From contig QCOG01000004.1 of NCBI GenBank assembly GCA_003213015.1, positions 13,486-77,485 of the forward strand: 64,000 nucleotides of DNA, in the 5' to 3' direction. The position numbers and the translations under genes were made by a program. The stretch comes from Pelagibacteraceae bacterium AG-430-F16. GTDB lineage: Bacteria > Pseudomonadota > Alphaproteobacteria > Pelagibacterales > Pelagibacteraceae. The notes beneath the pieces were generated by a model that was not told the DNA's origin, did not search any database, and was given only the letters and a program-made list of their open reading frames with translations. This document shows positions 34,513 through 44,761 of the stretch, piece after piece (within the stretch, counting starts at the first letter, position 1; every line of letters starts with the position of its first letter).

Positions 34513-34607
34513 AGGTCTTATATACCAGATTTTTATTAAATTTCTTTTAAATTTGCGCTCCTTTATCCTTTGAAAAAGCTTGTATCTACTGTAATAGTAT
34601 TCAAATT

Positions 34608-34684
<77 letters not shown>

Positions 34685-34688
34685 TGTT

Positions 34689-34973
34689 ATGAAAAAAAAA
34701 GCTAAAATTTACAAACCAACAAAAAGTTCAATGCAATCAGGTTTAATGAAAACTAGAGAATGGGTATTGGAATATATTGTGCATAATGAGCAAATAAATC
34801 CATTAATGGGATGGCAAAGCTCATCGAATACATTGTCAGAGGTTAAAATGACCTTTAGTTCAAAAGAAGATGCAATAGATTATGCTAAGAAAAACAAAAT
34901 AAATTATATTGTAGTTGAACCTAACAAAAGATCAATCGTCAAAAAATCTTACGCAGATAATTTCTTAAAATAG
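34689..34973 (+). CDS. ETC complex I subunit (NDUFS4-like)
   Basis: AKIYKPTKSSMQSG, NPLMGW.SS, F.SKEDAIDYA, KSYADNF; true start at 34689, after the tRNA. Confidence 0.88.
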   Translation: MKKKAKIYKPTKSSMQSGLMKTREWVLEYIVHNEQINPLMGWQSSSNTLSEVKMTFSSKEDAIDYAKKNKINYIVVEPNKRSIVKKSYADNFLK

Positions 34974-35966
34974 ATGTTTAAATTCTTTACAAATAGAAAA
35001 TGGTCAAACTGGAGTATTTTTGGGTCCTTACTAATACTTGTTTCAACATGGTATCAAGTACAACTTGATGTTATGATTAATGAATGGTTTGGTGAATTTT
35101 ACGACACTTTACAAAAAGCACTAACAACTCCTAATTCAGTTACTGAAAAAGAGTTTATATCATATCTCCTAACATTTGCTAAAATTGCAGGTGTATGGAT
35201 GGTAATTTCTGTTGCTACTGATTATTTTACAAGTCATTGGACATTTAGATGGAGAACAGCAATGGCTGATTATTATCATGAAAATTGGTCAAAGGCGAGG
35301 TTGACAGAGGGTGCATCTCAAAGAGTTCAGGAAGATACACTAAAATTTGCAAGAATAATGGAAGGATTAGGCGTTGAATTATTAAGAAGTTTAATGACTT
35401 TAATTGCGTTCTTACCGATCTTATGGGGCTTATCAAAGCAAATTACAATGCTACCTTTTTTTGGAGAGGTTGATCATGCACTTGTTTGGGTAGCCATAAT
35501 TTCTGCTTTAGGAGGAACGGTACTGTTAGCCGCGGTTGGATTTAGATTACCAGGTATAGAATATGATATTCAAAAAGAAGAGGCTGCTTACAGAAAAGAA
35601 TTAGTCTTGGGTGAAGATAATACGAAAAGAGCAGGAATAAGAAATGTAGGTTCACTATATAGCAATGTAAGAAAAATTCATTTTAAAATGTATTTTCATT
35701 ATCTTTATTTTAATGCAGTTAAGTGGAGTTACCTCCAAGGGATGGTAATTGTTCCATATTTAGCTTTAGCTCCTACAATTGTTACTGGTGCAATAACTCT
35801 TGGCTTTGTCCAGCAAATAGCAAGGGCATTTAACAAAGTTGAAAACTCTTTACAATATTTAGTAAGAAGCTGGCCAATAATTGTAGAACTTATATCGGTA
35901 CAAAGAAGATTGTCTGAGTTTGAAAGTAAATTAGAAAGAGCTTCATTTGAACAAGAAAAAATTTGA
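34974..35966 (+). CDS. sbmA: SbmA/BacA family peptide transporter
   Basis: N.WFGEFYD.LQKAL, FRWRTAM..YY, EGASQRVQEDT.KF, EAAYRKELV.GED. Confidence 0.85.
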   Translation: MFKFFTNRKWSNWSIFGSLLILVSTWYQVQLDVMINEWFGEFYDTLQKALTTPNSVTEKEFISYLLTFAKIAGVWMVISVATDYFTSHWTFRWRTAMADYYHENWSKARLTEGASQRVQEDTLKFARIMEGLGVELLRSLMTLIAFLPILWGLSKQITMLPFFGEVDHALVWVAIISALGGTVLLAAVGFRLPGIEYDIQKEEAAYRKELVLGEDNTKRAGIRNVGSLYSNVRKIHFKMYFHYLYFNAVKWSYLQGMVIVPYLALAPTIVTGAITLGFVQQIARAFNKVENSLQYLVRSWPIIVELISVQRRLSEFESKLERASFEQEKI

Positions 35967-36916
35967 TGAACATTGATAAAGTTTTTCAGGATCAATTAAT
36001 TAAGATTACCCAAGAAGCTGCTATTTCAGTTTACCCTCACTTAGGAAAAAATAATAAAATTATTGCAGATGAAGCAGCCACCAATTCAATGAGAACTAAC
36101 TTAAATAAAATGAATATAAAAGGAAATATTGTTATAGGTGAGGGTGAAATGGATGAAGCTCCGATGTTATATATAGGAGAAAAAGTTGGAACTAACAATG
36201 GACCTGAGTTTGATGTTGCTGTTGATCCTTTAGAGGGTACAAATTTTGCTGCAAAAAACTTACCTGGAGCCATTTCAGTAATTGCAGTGTCAGGTAAGAA
36301 TAATTTAATCAATGCTCCAGAGTCATATATGGAAAAAATTTCTTATCCTAGTGGAATAGATCAAAATGCAATTGATTTAGATTTTTCATTAAAAAAAAAC
36401 TTATCAAATTTAGCTGACTCAAAAAATAAAAGGTTTGAAAGTCTAAGAATTTGTATTCTAGACAGACCAAGACATAAAAAAATTATTGATGAAGCAAAAT
36501 CTTTAAATATAGATGTAAAACTTATTACAGATGGAGATGTTTCGGGAGCATTATTAGTGACTGAAGAAAAACATAATATTGATTTGTTTCTAGGTACAGG
36601 CGGAGGACCTGAGGGAGTTTTAGCTGCATCTGCTTTAGATACTTATGGTTGTGGTTTCCAAGGTAGATTTATATTTGACACAGATGAATTAAAAAAAAGG
36701 GCAAACAAAATGGGAATTAATAATTTTGATAAGAAATATAAACTTAATGAAATTGTGAAAGGAGACAGCCTATTTTGTGCAACAGGGATTACAAAAGGTG
36801 ACTTAATAAATGGTATAGAATTAAGAAGCAATAAAATAGTCGTAAGCACTTTGATAACACACAAAAGTCAAAATATAAAAAAAATTGTAATTGGAGAAAT
36901 AGATATAAAAAAATGA
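35966..36916 (+). CDS. glpX: Class II fructose-1,6-bisphosphatase
   Basis: VIGEGEMDEAPML, AVDPLEGT, DRPRH, GGGPEGVLAA, FCATGIT.G. Confidence 0.95.
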   Translation: MNIDKVFQDQLIKITQEAAISVYPHLGKNNKIIADEAATNSMRTNLNKMNIKGNIVIGEGEMDEAPMLYIGEKVGTNNGPEFDVAVDPLEGTNFAAKNLPGAISVIAVSGKNNLINAPESYMEKISYPSGIDQNAIDLDFSLKKNLSNLADSKNKRFESLRICILDRPRHKKIIDEAKSLNIDVKLITDGDVSGALLVTEEKHNIDLFLGTGGGPEGVLAASALDTYGCGFQGRFIFDTDELKKRANKMGINNFDKKYKLNEIVKGDSLFCATGITKGDLINGIELRSNKIVVSTLITHKSQNIKKIVIGEIDIKK

Positions 36917-38598
36917 TATCTATCTCCGGTAAAGAGTGGAAAGAATATAAAACACCCCAACGTTTAATAGATAAATATTCAAGTGATTTTGATATTTCAG
37001 AGAATTTATCTAAATTCTATTTAACTCGTAATTTCAAAAAAGAAGATATTTTGATTAAAGAAATAACTGATAAAAATCTTAATATCTTTTCCAAGGATGA
37101 AGACTTTATATCAGCGTCTGAAATGATTATCGATATTATAAAGAATAAACAAAAAACTCTAATATTTGGTGATTATGATGTTGATGGAATTTCTTCAATT
37201 ACAATTTTATCAAGTTTTTTTAGATACTTAGATCATCCATTTAAATATGTAATTCCAGATAGATTTATAGATGGTTACGGTCCAAACATTAGATTGCTGG
37301 AGAAAAATTTGGATAAAGAAATAGATAATGTTATTTTTTTAGATTGTGGATCAAATTCTCATAGTGTTATTAATCACTTAAAGACAAAAGAAATTAAAAC
37401 TATCATAGTTGACCATCATATCATAAATAATTTAGATATACCGAAATCAGATATACTTATAAATCCTTTACAAAAAAATCAAAATTTTATTGACAGTAAT
37501 GTTTGTGCAGCAACTTTAACATTTTTCTTAGTAGATCTAATAAATCGGAAATTAGTTTCTAAATTTAAATTAAATGAATATTTCATTTATTGTTTAATAT
37601 CCACCGTTTGTGATGTTATGCCATTAAGAGGTTTTAATAGAAAGTTATTAACAATAGGTTTTAAAGATTTAATTATTAAAAACAAAGGATTAAAAAAATT
37701 AATCAACAATAATTTAAAAAAAAAGATAACCTACCAAGATATTGGATTTAATATAGGACCATTAATAAATTCCTCTGGAAGAATTGCTAAAGCTAATGAT
37801 GTGGTTGAACTATTTCTTACCCAAAATGATTATAAAATTGATAAAATATTAAATAAGATGAATATCCATAACATGACAAGAAAAAAAATTGAACAAGAGA
37901 ACTTGGACTTAATAGATTTTAAAAAATATTACAGTAAAAATGTAATATTTATTTATAATAAAAAGTTTCATGAGGGTATAATAGGAATAATTGCTGCAAA
38001 ATTATCAAGAATATTTAATAAACCATGTTTTATAATAACCGAGTCCCATAAAATATTAAAATGCTCGGTAAGATCTGGAAATAATCTAAAAATTAACAAA
38101 ACTATTAATAAGCTAATTGCTAATAAATTGATAATTTCTGGCGGTGGTCACGATGAAGCTGGAGGTTTTATTGCTCAAAAAGCACACCTTTTGGATATAG
38201 AAGATTTTTTAAATAATGAATATAAGAATCTTAAAACAAAAAGTTACTCGTATTTTGATGCTTTTACAATTTTTCCAAAAAGAAATAGTTCTTTAATAAA
38301 TGATTTAAAATCTCTAGAACCATTTGGAAAGGATAACCCCGAACCCATTTTTTGTTTTAAAAATATAAAATCAATTAAATCTAAGATTGTTAATAAAAGA
38401 CATGTTCAAAATATTTTAAAAAACAAAAGTGGAAGAACAATTAAAAGTATTAGTTTTGACTGCGTCAATTCTGAACTAGGTAAATACTTATTAAACTTTA
38501 AAAAAGAATTTGATTTAATTGGAAGTATTGTTGAAAACAATTGGAATAACAAAAAAAATTTGGAATTAAGAGTAATTGATATAATTCAAAAGACATAA
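36913..38598 (+). CDS. recJ: Single-stranded DNA exonuclease RecJ
   Basis: GDYDVDG, PDRF.DGYG, VDHH, GPLINSSGR, GGGHDEAGG, LEPFG.DNPEP. Confidence 0.95.
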   Translation: MISISGKEWKEYKTPQRLIDKYSSDFDISENLSKFYLTRNFKKEDILIKEITDKNLNIFSKDEDFISASEMIIDIIKNKQKTLIFGDYDVDGISSITILSSFFRYLDHPFKYVIPDRFIDGYGPNIRLLEKNLDKEIDNVIFLDCGSNSHSVINHLKTKEIKTIIVDHHIINNLDIPKSDILINPLQKNQNFIDSNVCAATLTFFLVDLINRKLVSKFKLNEYFIYCLISTVCDVMPLRGFNRKLLTIGFKDLIIKNKGLKKLINNNLKKKITYQDIGFNIGPLINSSGRIAKANDVVELFLTQNDYKIDKILNKMNIHNMTRKKIEQENLDLIDFKKYYSKNVIFIYNKKFHEGIIGIIAAKLSRIFNKPCFIITESHKILKCSVRSGNNLKINKTINKLIANKLIISGGGHDEAGGFIAQKAHLLDIEDFLNNEYKNLKTKSYSYFDAFTIFPKRNSSLINDLKSLEPFGKDNPEPIFCFKNIKSIKSKIVNKRHVQNILKNKSGRTIKSISFDCVNSELGKYLLNFKKEFDLIGSIVENNWNNKKNLELRVIDIIQKT

Positions 38599-38602
38599 AA
38601 AC

Positions 38603-38631
38603 TTGATTAATTTTTTTTTTTACTCTAAAAG
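38603..38631 (+). promoter_or_regulatory. Putative sigma70 promoter for tRNA-Glu and downstream genes
   Basis: TTGATT-N17-TAAAAG ending 11 bp before the tRNA. Confidence 0.5.
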
Positions 38632-38642
38632 AGGTGAAATTT

Positions 38643-38717
38643 GGTCCCTTCGTCTATCGGTTAGGACACATGGTTTTCATCCATGAAAGAGGGGTTCGAT
38701 TCCCCTAGGGACCGCCA
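38643..38717 (+). tRNA. tRNA-Glu (TTC)
   Basis: GGTCCCT...AGGGACC-G-CCA; anticodon arm CATGG-TTTTCAT-CCATG. Confidence 0.97.
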
Positions 38718-38719
38718 CA

Positions 38720-39004
38720 ATGAAATATTTTGTATATTTATTAATTTCAAAAAAAAATAGTAAATTTTTTTCTTATGCTGGTATGACTAGAGATCTAAAT
38801 AAAAGGATTGCCCTTCATAATTCATCTAAAGGAGCTAAATATACCAAGGGGAAAAAATGGCAACTAGCTTACAAAAAATCTTACAATTCTAAGTCAAAAG
38901 CCTTAAAAGAGGAATATAGTCTCAAAAAAGACAAAAAAAAAAGGGAAAAAATTAAATTAAGTTTTATTTTAAAAAATGAAAATTTCGATTCTTTTACCGT
39001 ATAA
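38720..39004 (+). CDS. Small GIY-YIG nuclease family protein
   Basis: FVYLL...SYAGMT.DL.KR...HN..KGAKYT...E..LK. Confidence 0.87.
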   Translation: MKYFVYLLISKKNSKFFSYAGMTRDLNKRIALHNSSKGAKYTKGKKWQLAYKKSYNSKSKALKEEYSLKKDKKKREKIKLSFILKNENFDSFTV

Positions 39005-41087
39005 GGAAAACTTTTCACCTTTGTATCCTGGAGCCGTATCTTTATTTATAAATTCCATGAACAAATTAAGCATTTATAAAAATCAAATTACTGTGTACGG
39101 TTCAACGGATTTGAAAGAAAAATTTTCTGAAAATTATATTAATATTAATTTAAAAAAGAGTTTTTTAAAAAGTCAAACGCGTGATTATGTTAATAAATTC
39201 GTTGAATTACACAAAAATCAAAATACAGATATAATTGAAATCCATAATAGACCAAATTATATTGATTTTTTAAAAGCACTTAATTCAAAAAAGGTTTTAT
39301 ATTTTCATAATGACCCTATATCGATGATAGGATCTAAATCACCATTAGAAAGAAAAGAATTAATTAGAAGCTGTACAAAAATTATTTTTAATAGTGAGTG
39401 GTCCAAAAAACAGTTTTTAAAAAAGCTTGATAAATTTTTTCATAAATCCGAAAAGCTTGAGGTAATACATCAATCAATTAATAAAGAGGAAGTTAATATT
39501 AATAAAAAAGAAAAATTAATTACTTTTGTAGGAAAACTAAATTCTGCAAAAGGTTATGATTTATTTGGTAAATCCATTTTAAAAATATTAGATAAACATA
39601 AAGATTGGAAATCTATAGTTATTGGAGATGAACCAAGAGAAAAGTTAATTTTTGATCACAAAAATCTTAAAGTTCTAGGTTTCCAAAATCATACAAAAGT
39701 TTTAAATATTTTTAAGAAAACAAGTATCGCGGTAGCTTGTTCAAGATGGGAAGAGCCTTTTGGTAGAACAAGTTTAGAAGCATCAAGCCGTGGTTGTGCA
39801 GTTATAGTTTCAAATAGAGGTGGTTTACCAGAAACAATTACAAACGGTATTATTGTTAGAAATTTGAATGTTAAAAATTTATACAATTCAATTAATAAAT
39901 TAATTAAGAATAATAAACAAAGAAGAAATTTACAGAAATCATCATTAAAAAACTTTTATTTAACTGACGAGTACATTTGTAAAAAAATTGACAATTATCG
40001 AGAAAAAATTGTAAATAGAAAATTAAATTTAAATGGATCTTTAAGTTCAAATAAACTGAAAATTTTACATGTAACTAATTTTAACGAGAGACATAATGGA
40101 AGATTATTTTACAATACAGGAAAAAGGATTAATAACGGACTTATAAGACTAAATCATAGTGTTTTGGAATTCAGTGACAGAGATATAGTAAGTTATTATA
40201 GAAGTTTAAATGACATCAATGGCTCGAAAAGACTAAATAAAAAGTTAATTGAGGTAATAAGTAACTATGTTCCAGATATAATTATCCTAGGTCATGCTGA
40301 TTTAATTAAAAAAGAAACTTTAAATTTCATAAAAAAAAATTATCCTAATATTAAAATGTGCCAGTGGTTTTTAGATAGAATGGACACGCAATGGTTAAGT
40401 AATAAAAAAAGATTTTTAGATAAAATTGATATGATGGATGCAAGTTTTTGTACGACAGAACCTAAATCACTCAATATACCACCTAAGTATGAGGTTTTTT
40501 ATATACCAAATCCTGTCGATGAGTCTTTTGAGAAATTAGAGAATTATAAAAACAGAAATTTTAATAATGACGTTTTTTTTGCGATGAGTCATGGCGTTCA
40601 TAGAGGTGTACTTAAAAAAGGTAAATTTGATCAAAGGGAAAATTTTATAAATAAATTAATTTCTGTAACTCCAAATATAAGATTTGATTTATATGGAATG
40701 AATGGAGTTCAACCAGTTTGGGCAGATAATTATTTATATGCAATATCTCAATCAAAAATAGGTTTAAACCTTAGCCAAGGAAAACCAGCACAGTTTTATT
40801 CAAGTGATAGATTTGCTCAACTAATTGGGAACGGGTTGTTAGTAATGGTGGATGAAAAAACGAAAATTGGTAACTTTTTTAAAAATGATGAAATTGTTCT
40901 TTATAAAAACGTAAGTGATTTATCGTCAAAAATAATAAAGTACAGTTATGATAATAAATTAAGATGCAAAATAGCAAAAAAAGGTAGAGATAAATACTTC
41001 AAATACTTTAATTCTACAATAGTAGCTGATTTTATAATAAACAAAACCATCGGAACAAAGAGAAGATTTTTTTGGGAAAATATCTAA
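38976..41087 (+). CDS. Two-domain glycosyltransferase (GT4-like plus a second GT-B/CgeB-like domain)
   Basis: EEPFGRTSLEA...GG..E in the first half; WFLD...SDRF..LIGNG in the second. Confidence 0.8.
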   Translation: MKISILLPYKENFSPLYPGAVSLFINSMNKLSIYKNQITVYGSTDLKEKFSENYININLKKSFLKSQTRDYVNKFVELHKNQNTDIIEIHNRPNYIDFLKALNSKKVLYFHNDPISMIGSKSPLERKELIRSCTKIIFNSEWSKKQFLKKLDKFFHKSEKLEVIHQSINKEEVNINKKEKLITFVGKLNSAKGYDLFGKSILKILDKHKDWKSIVIGDEPREKLIFDHKNLKVLGFQNHTKVLNIFKKTSIAVACSRWEEPFGRTSLEASSRGCAVIVSNRGGLPETITNGIIVRNLNVKNLYNSINKLIKNNKQRRNLQKSSLKNFYLTDEYICKKIDNYREKIVNRKLNLNGSLSSNKLKILHVTNFNERHNGRLFYNTGKRINNGLIRLNHSVLEFSDRDIVSYYRSLNDINGSKRLNKKLIEVISNYVPDIIILGHADLIKKETLNFIKKNYPNIKMCQWFLDRMDTQWLSNKKRFLDKIDMMDASFCTTEPKSLNIPPKYEVFYIPNPVDESFEKLENYKNRNFNNDVFFAMSHGVHRGVLKKGKFDQRENFINKLISVTPNIRFDLYGMNGVQPVWADNYLYAISQSKIGLNLSQGKPAQFYSSDRFAQLIGNGLLVMVDEKTKIGNFFKNDEIVLYKNVSDLSSKIIKYSYDNKLRCKIAKKGRDKYFKYFNSTIVADFIINKTIGTKRRFFWENI

Positions 41088-41957
41088 ATGTTTTCGATAA
41101 TTATTCCTACATTTAATAATTTAGATTATCTAAAACTATGTATTAAAAGTATTCGACAAAACTCCAAATTTAATCATCAAATTATTCCGCATGTAAACAT
41201 TGGTGAAGATGGAACTTGCAATTTTTTAAGAAATGAAAATATTGATTTTACATTTACTAATTACAATTCTGGAATTTGTGAGGGAACGAACATAGCATCC
41301 AAAAAAGCGAGATTTAAATATATATTATATTCCCATGACGATTTTTATTTTTGTCCAGATTGGGATGTAGTTTTAAAAAATGATGTTGATTCTATTGGCC
41401 ACAATAACTTTTATTTATCTGGAGTTATGATGAACAACGGACCAATCAAGTTCGATGCCGGGACAGATATTAAAAACTTTGATGAAAATAAAGTTTTAAA
41501 TGAATACCAAAATTATAATCATTATGATTTTCAGGGATCGACATGGGCACCGCATCTTTTGCATAGGGACTTATGGGAAAAGGTAGGGGGGTTTAGTGAG
41601 GAATTCTTTCCTGGAACTGGTTCAGATCCAGATTTAAATATGAAGTTATGGGAAGAAGGGGTAAGAGTTTTTAAAGGATTAAATAATTGTAAGGTTTATC
41701 ATTTTGGTTCAATAGTCACGCGAAAATATAAAAATCATCCAACAATTATTACAGAGTCAGGCAGCAAGGGTGGAAAAATTTTTCTTTTAAAATGGGGTAT
41801 AACAATTAAATTTTTTAAAAAGTTTTATTTAAGATCGGACCAAAAATATGACGGACCTCTAAATAAACCTGATAATAATTTGAACTTTTTTATTAAACTT
41901 ATGTTATGTAAATTAAACTATATGTATCTTAAATTAATTAATATTTTTAAAAAATGA
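41088..41957 (+). CDS. Glycosyltransferase family 2
   Basis: FSIIIPTFNN, HDD, GGFSEEF..G..D.DL. Confidence 0.85.
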   Translation: MFSIIIPTFNNLDYLKLCIKSIRQNSKFNHQIIPHVNIGEDGTCNFLRNENIDFTFTNYNSGICEGTNIASKKARFKYILYSHDDFYFCPDWDVVLKNDVDSIGHNNFYLSGVMMNNGPIKFDAGTDIKNFDENKVLNEYQNYNHYDFQGSTWAPHLLHRDLWEKVGGFSEEFFPGTGSDPDLNMKLWEEGVRVFKGLNNCKVYHFGSIVTRKYKNHPTIITESGSKGGKIFLLKWGITIKFFKKFYLRSDQKYDGPLNKPDNNLNFFIKLMLCKLNYMYLKLINIFKK

Positions 41958-42763
41958 GCAATCTATTTATCTACTGCTTAACATCAAAAAAATACAATCT
42001 TTTTAAATATTTACCATCAAATATAATTCCTCTAGGTCTCGGGGATAAAGATTATCCTAAAGATTTTTTAAATGAAAAATTAGGCATAAATATTACAAAA
42101 CATAATAAATATCTTGCTGAAATGACTGGAATATATTGGGTTTATAAAAACCAAATAAACAAGTTTAAAAAAGATGATTGGATTGGTTTTTGTCATTATA
42201 GAAGGTTTTGGCTTAATGATTTCTATGAACAAAATCACAAAATAAAATCATCCTTGCACTCAAAATTACTCATCCATAATGAAAAATTTAAAGAGGTAGA
42301 TGTTATACTTACCCAACCAACAAGACTTAAGAGAGAAACAATCGTAGATCATTTCATCAATAATCATGGTGACAAAATGATTTTTGAAGCAATAAATATT
42401 TTAGACGAACAAAACGCAAAAGATTTTAAAGATTATCTTAATAATAGGGAATTTAGTTGTTGTAATATGTTTATCACAAAGCCAAAAATTTTTATAGATT
42501 ATTGTGAATTTGTTTTTCCATATTTACTTAAGATACTAAAATATTGTGATGATAATAATCTATGTATTGGTAAAAATACTAAGTTACCAGCTTATTTTAT
42601 TGAGAGATTCACATCTTTTTGGTTCCACAAAAATACCAACGTTAGATATTTGTCATACGCTCAATTAAATAATTTTTTTACATCTAATGTTTTGAATAAA
42701 TTTATAAATACATTTAAGATACCAGGAACTTTTATGTTTTATCCAACAGTATTAGATATATAG
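41954..42763 (+). CDS. DUF4422 domain protein (candidate GT111 galactofuranosyltransferase)
   Basis: N.YLAEMTGIYW, IGFCHYRRF, NMFI.K...F..YC..VFP.L, ERF. Confidence 0.75.
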   Translation: MSNLFIYCLTSKKYNLFKYLPSNIIPLGLGDKDYPKDFLNEKLGINITKHNKYLAEMTGIYWVYKNQINKFKKDDWIGFCHYRRFWLNDFYEQNHKIKSSLHSKLLIHNEKFKEVDVILTQPTRLKRETIVDHFINNHGDKMIFEAINILDEQNAKDFKDYLNNREFSCCNMFITKPKIFIDYCEFVFPYLLKILKYCDDNNLCIGKNTKLPAYFIERFTSFWFHKNTNVRYLSYAQLNNFFTSNVLNKFINTFKIPGTFMFYPTVLDI

Positions 42764-42770
42764 TGTAAAA

Positions 42771-43898
42771 ATGATTGAATCAGATGTGATTATTGTAGGA
42801 GGTGGGCCAGTTGGGTGCGTTTTGGCTAATAAGCTGTCGAATGAACTTAATTTAAAATGTTTGATCATTGAAAAAAGACACCATATTGCCGGAAATTGTT
42901 ATGATGAATATAACAAAAAAGGATTATTATATCACAAATATGGTCCTCATTATTTAAGATTCAAAAATCGAAAGACTCTAAATTATTTATCCAAATTTAC
43001 AAAATGGATACCTGGAGAGTATATAGTCAAATCGTATGTAAATAAAAAATTATACCCCATACCAATAAACCTAGAAACATTAGAAATGTTTTTTAAAACG
43101 AAATTCAATTCTAAAAAAGACGTTGAAGAATTTTTAGATAAGAAAAGGATAAAACTTAAAAAGATTAGAAATGCAGAAGATTTTATTCTATCAAAGTTAG
43201 GTAAAGAAATTTATGAGAATTTTTATAAAAACTATACGATTAAACAATGGGGCATACATCCTAGAAATCTATCTAAAACAATAACGGGAAGACTTCCTAT
43301 TAGAATAAATCGTAATCCCTACTATGTTAAGGAAAAGTTGAGATTAATGCCCAAAAAAGGTTTTACTGAAATGTTTAAAAAGATGATTAATAACAAAAAT
43401 ATTACAGTTAAATTAAATACCGATTTTAATAAAATAAAAAAAGATTTACGATTTAAACATTTCCTTGTTTATACCGGAGAACCAGATAGGTATTTTAATT
43501 ATAAATATGGAAAGTTAAACTGGAGATCTTTAGTTTTTAAATTTAAGAACCATAATAAGAAATTTTTACAAAAATGTGTTCAGTATAATTATCCCAACGA
43601 TCATAAATACACCAGAACTGTTGAAATAAAACATGTGACCAAGCAAAAAAGCAACTATACTGTGATCTCGAAGGAATACCCAACCAACAAAGGTGATCCT
43701 TATTACCCCATAATAAATGATAAGAACATAAGATTATTCAAAAAATATGAAAATTTGATGAATAAAGAGGCTAAGAATAATATTTTTTTTGAGGGTAGGT
43801 TAGCTAGATACACATATTATAATACTGACGAAGTGATCGAAAGAGCTCTAGATCTATATTTAAATTTAAAAAAAAAATTCAAAAAGAATAAAAATTAA
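42771..43898 (+). CDS. glf: UDP-galactopyranose mutase
   Basis: VGGG..G, HIAGNCYD, HKYGPH, KQWG, YTR.VE.KH, PYYP, GRLA.Y.YY. Confidence 0.93.
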   Translation: MIESDVIIVGGGPVGCVLANKLSNELNLKCLIIEKRHHIAGNCYDEYNKKGLLYHKYGPHYLRFKNRKTLNYLSKFTKWIPGEYIVKSYVNKKLYPIPINLETLEMFFKTKFNSKKDVEEFLDKKRIKLKKIRNAEDFILSKLGKEIYENFYKNYTIKQWGIHPRNLSKTITGRLPIRINRNPYYVKEKLRLMPKKGFTEMFKKMINNKNITVKLNTDFNKIKKDLRFKHFLVYTGEPDRYFNYKYGKLNWRSLVFKFKNHNKKFLQKCVQYNYPNDHKYTRTVEIKHVTKQKSNYTVISKEYPTNKGDPYYPIINDKNIRLFKKYENLMNKEAKNNIFFEGRLARYTYYNTDEVIERALDLYLNLKKKFKKNKN

Positions 43899-44761
43899 AA
43901 ATCTTCAATACGTTTGAAAGATCTGTTATTCTTTATTGAGTTTATTAAACCATTTAATCTAATTTGATATTTTGATTTATTTTTCTTATTACCAGAAATA
44001 GTATTAAGACAAATCCTAAAAATTATTCTTAATAAAGCTGGCAAAAACAGGATTAGAGCAGTTAATTTGCCGTATTTTTTTCTATAATAATAAAACTTCG
44101 ACCAAATAAAATGCCATGTATATAAATTTTTAAGCTTGTTAACATCTTCTTTATTTTTAATTTCAACAGATGTACCGATATCATGATATACTTTTTGTGA
44201 GTTTACTTGGTAAATCTTAAAGTTATTTTTATTTGATCTAAAACAATAATCAGTTTCTTCAAAATAAAGGAAGAAATTTTCATCAAATCCTCTATTTTTA
44301 TCAAATACCTCAGAACAAAAAAACATTGCGGATCCACTTATCGATTCTATTTGACCGTATTTTTCATTAATATTTGATTGTTTATGTGATTTTTCACTTA
44401 CATTTTCAAATCTAGGTCCTAATGCCCCAAAATTATTATTTAATTCTTTGGCTGATTCAAAAAAAACATTTATTAATTTATCGTCAATTTTCTGCATATC
44501 TGGATTCAAAACAAAAAAGTATTTTGTAGTTACATATGTTCTTGCTAAATTTATCGCACTTCCATAACCATTATTTTCGGAAAATATTAGTTCAACGTTT
44601 TTTTTAAAATTTGAAAGTTCTTTTTCAATTGATTTGTCTTTAGAATTTTCAACAATAATTATTTTAAGTTCATTTGATATTTTTTTAATTAATTTTATTA
44701 CTTTTTTTTTACTCTTATGAGATATGATAACAATTGTGACTTCTTTTTTTGAATTAATCAT
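43895..44761 (-). CDS. Glycosyltransferase family 2 (WbbL/GT2-like)
   Basis: NNGYGSAIN, LNPD, GFDENFFLYFEETD.C. Confidence 0.87.
   Translation of the reverse strand: MINSKKEVTIVIISHKSKKKVIKLIKKISNELKIIIVENSKDKSIEKELSNFKKNVELIFSENNGYGSAINLARTYVTTKYFFVLNPDMQKIDDKLINVFFESAKELNNNFGALGPRFENVSEKSHKQSNINEKYGQIESISGSAMFFCSEVFDKNRGFDENFFLYFEETDYCFRSNKNNFKIYQVNSQKVYHDIGTSVEIKNKEDVNKLKNLYTWHFIWSKFYYYRKKYGKLTALILFLPALLRIIFRICLNTISGNKKNKSKYQIRLNGLINSIKNNRSFKRIEDF

Noticed and set aside
35966-35996. Second copy of the recombinase site at the inversion breakpoints
   Set aside because: Only ATTGAT-N13-ATCAAT near 35972, with the wrong spacing and expected by chance at this AT content; nothing comparable at 48672.
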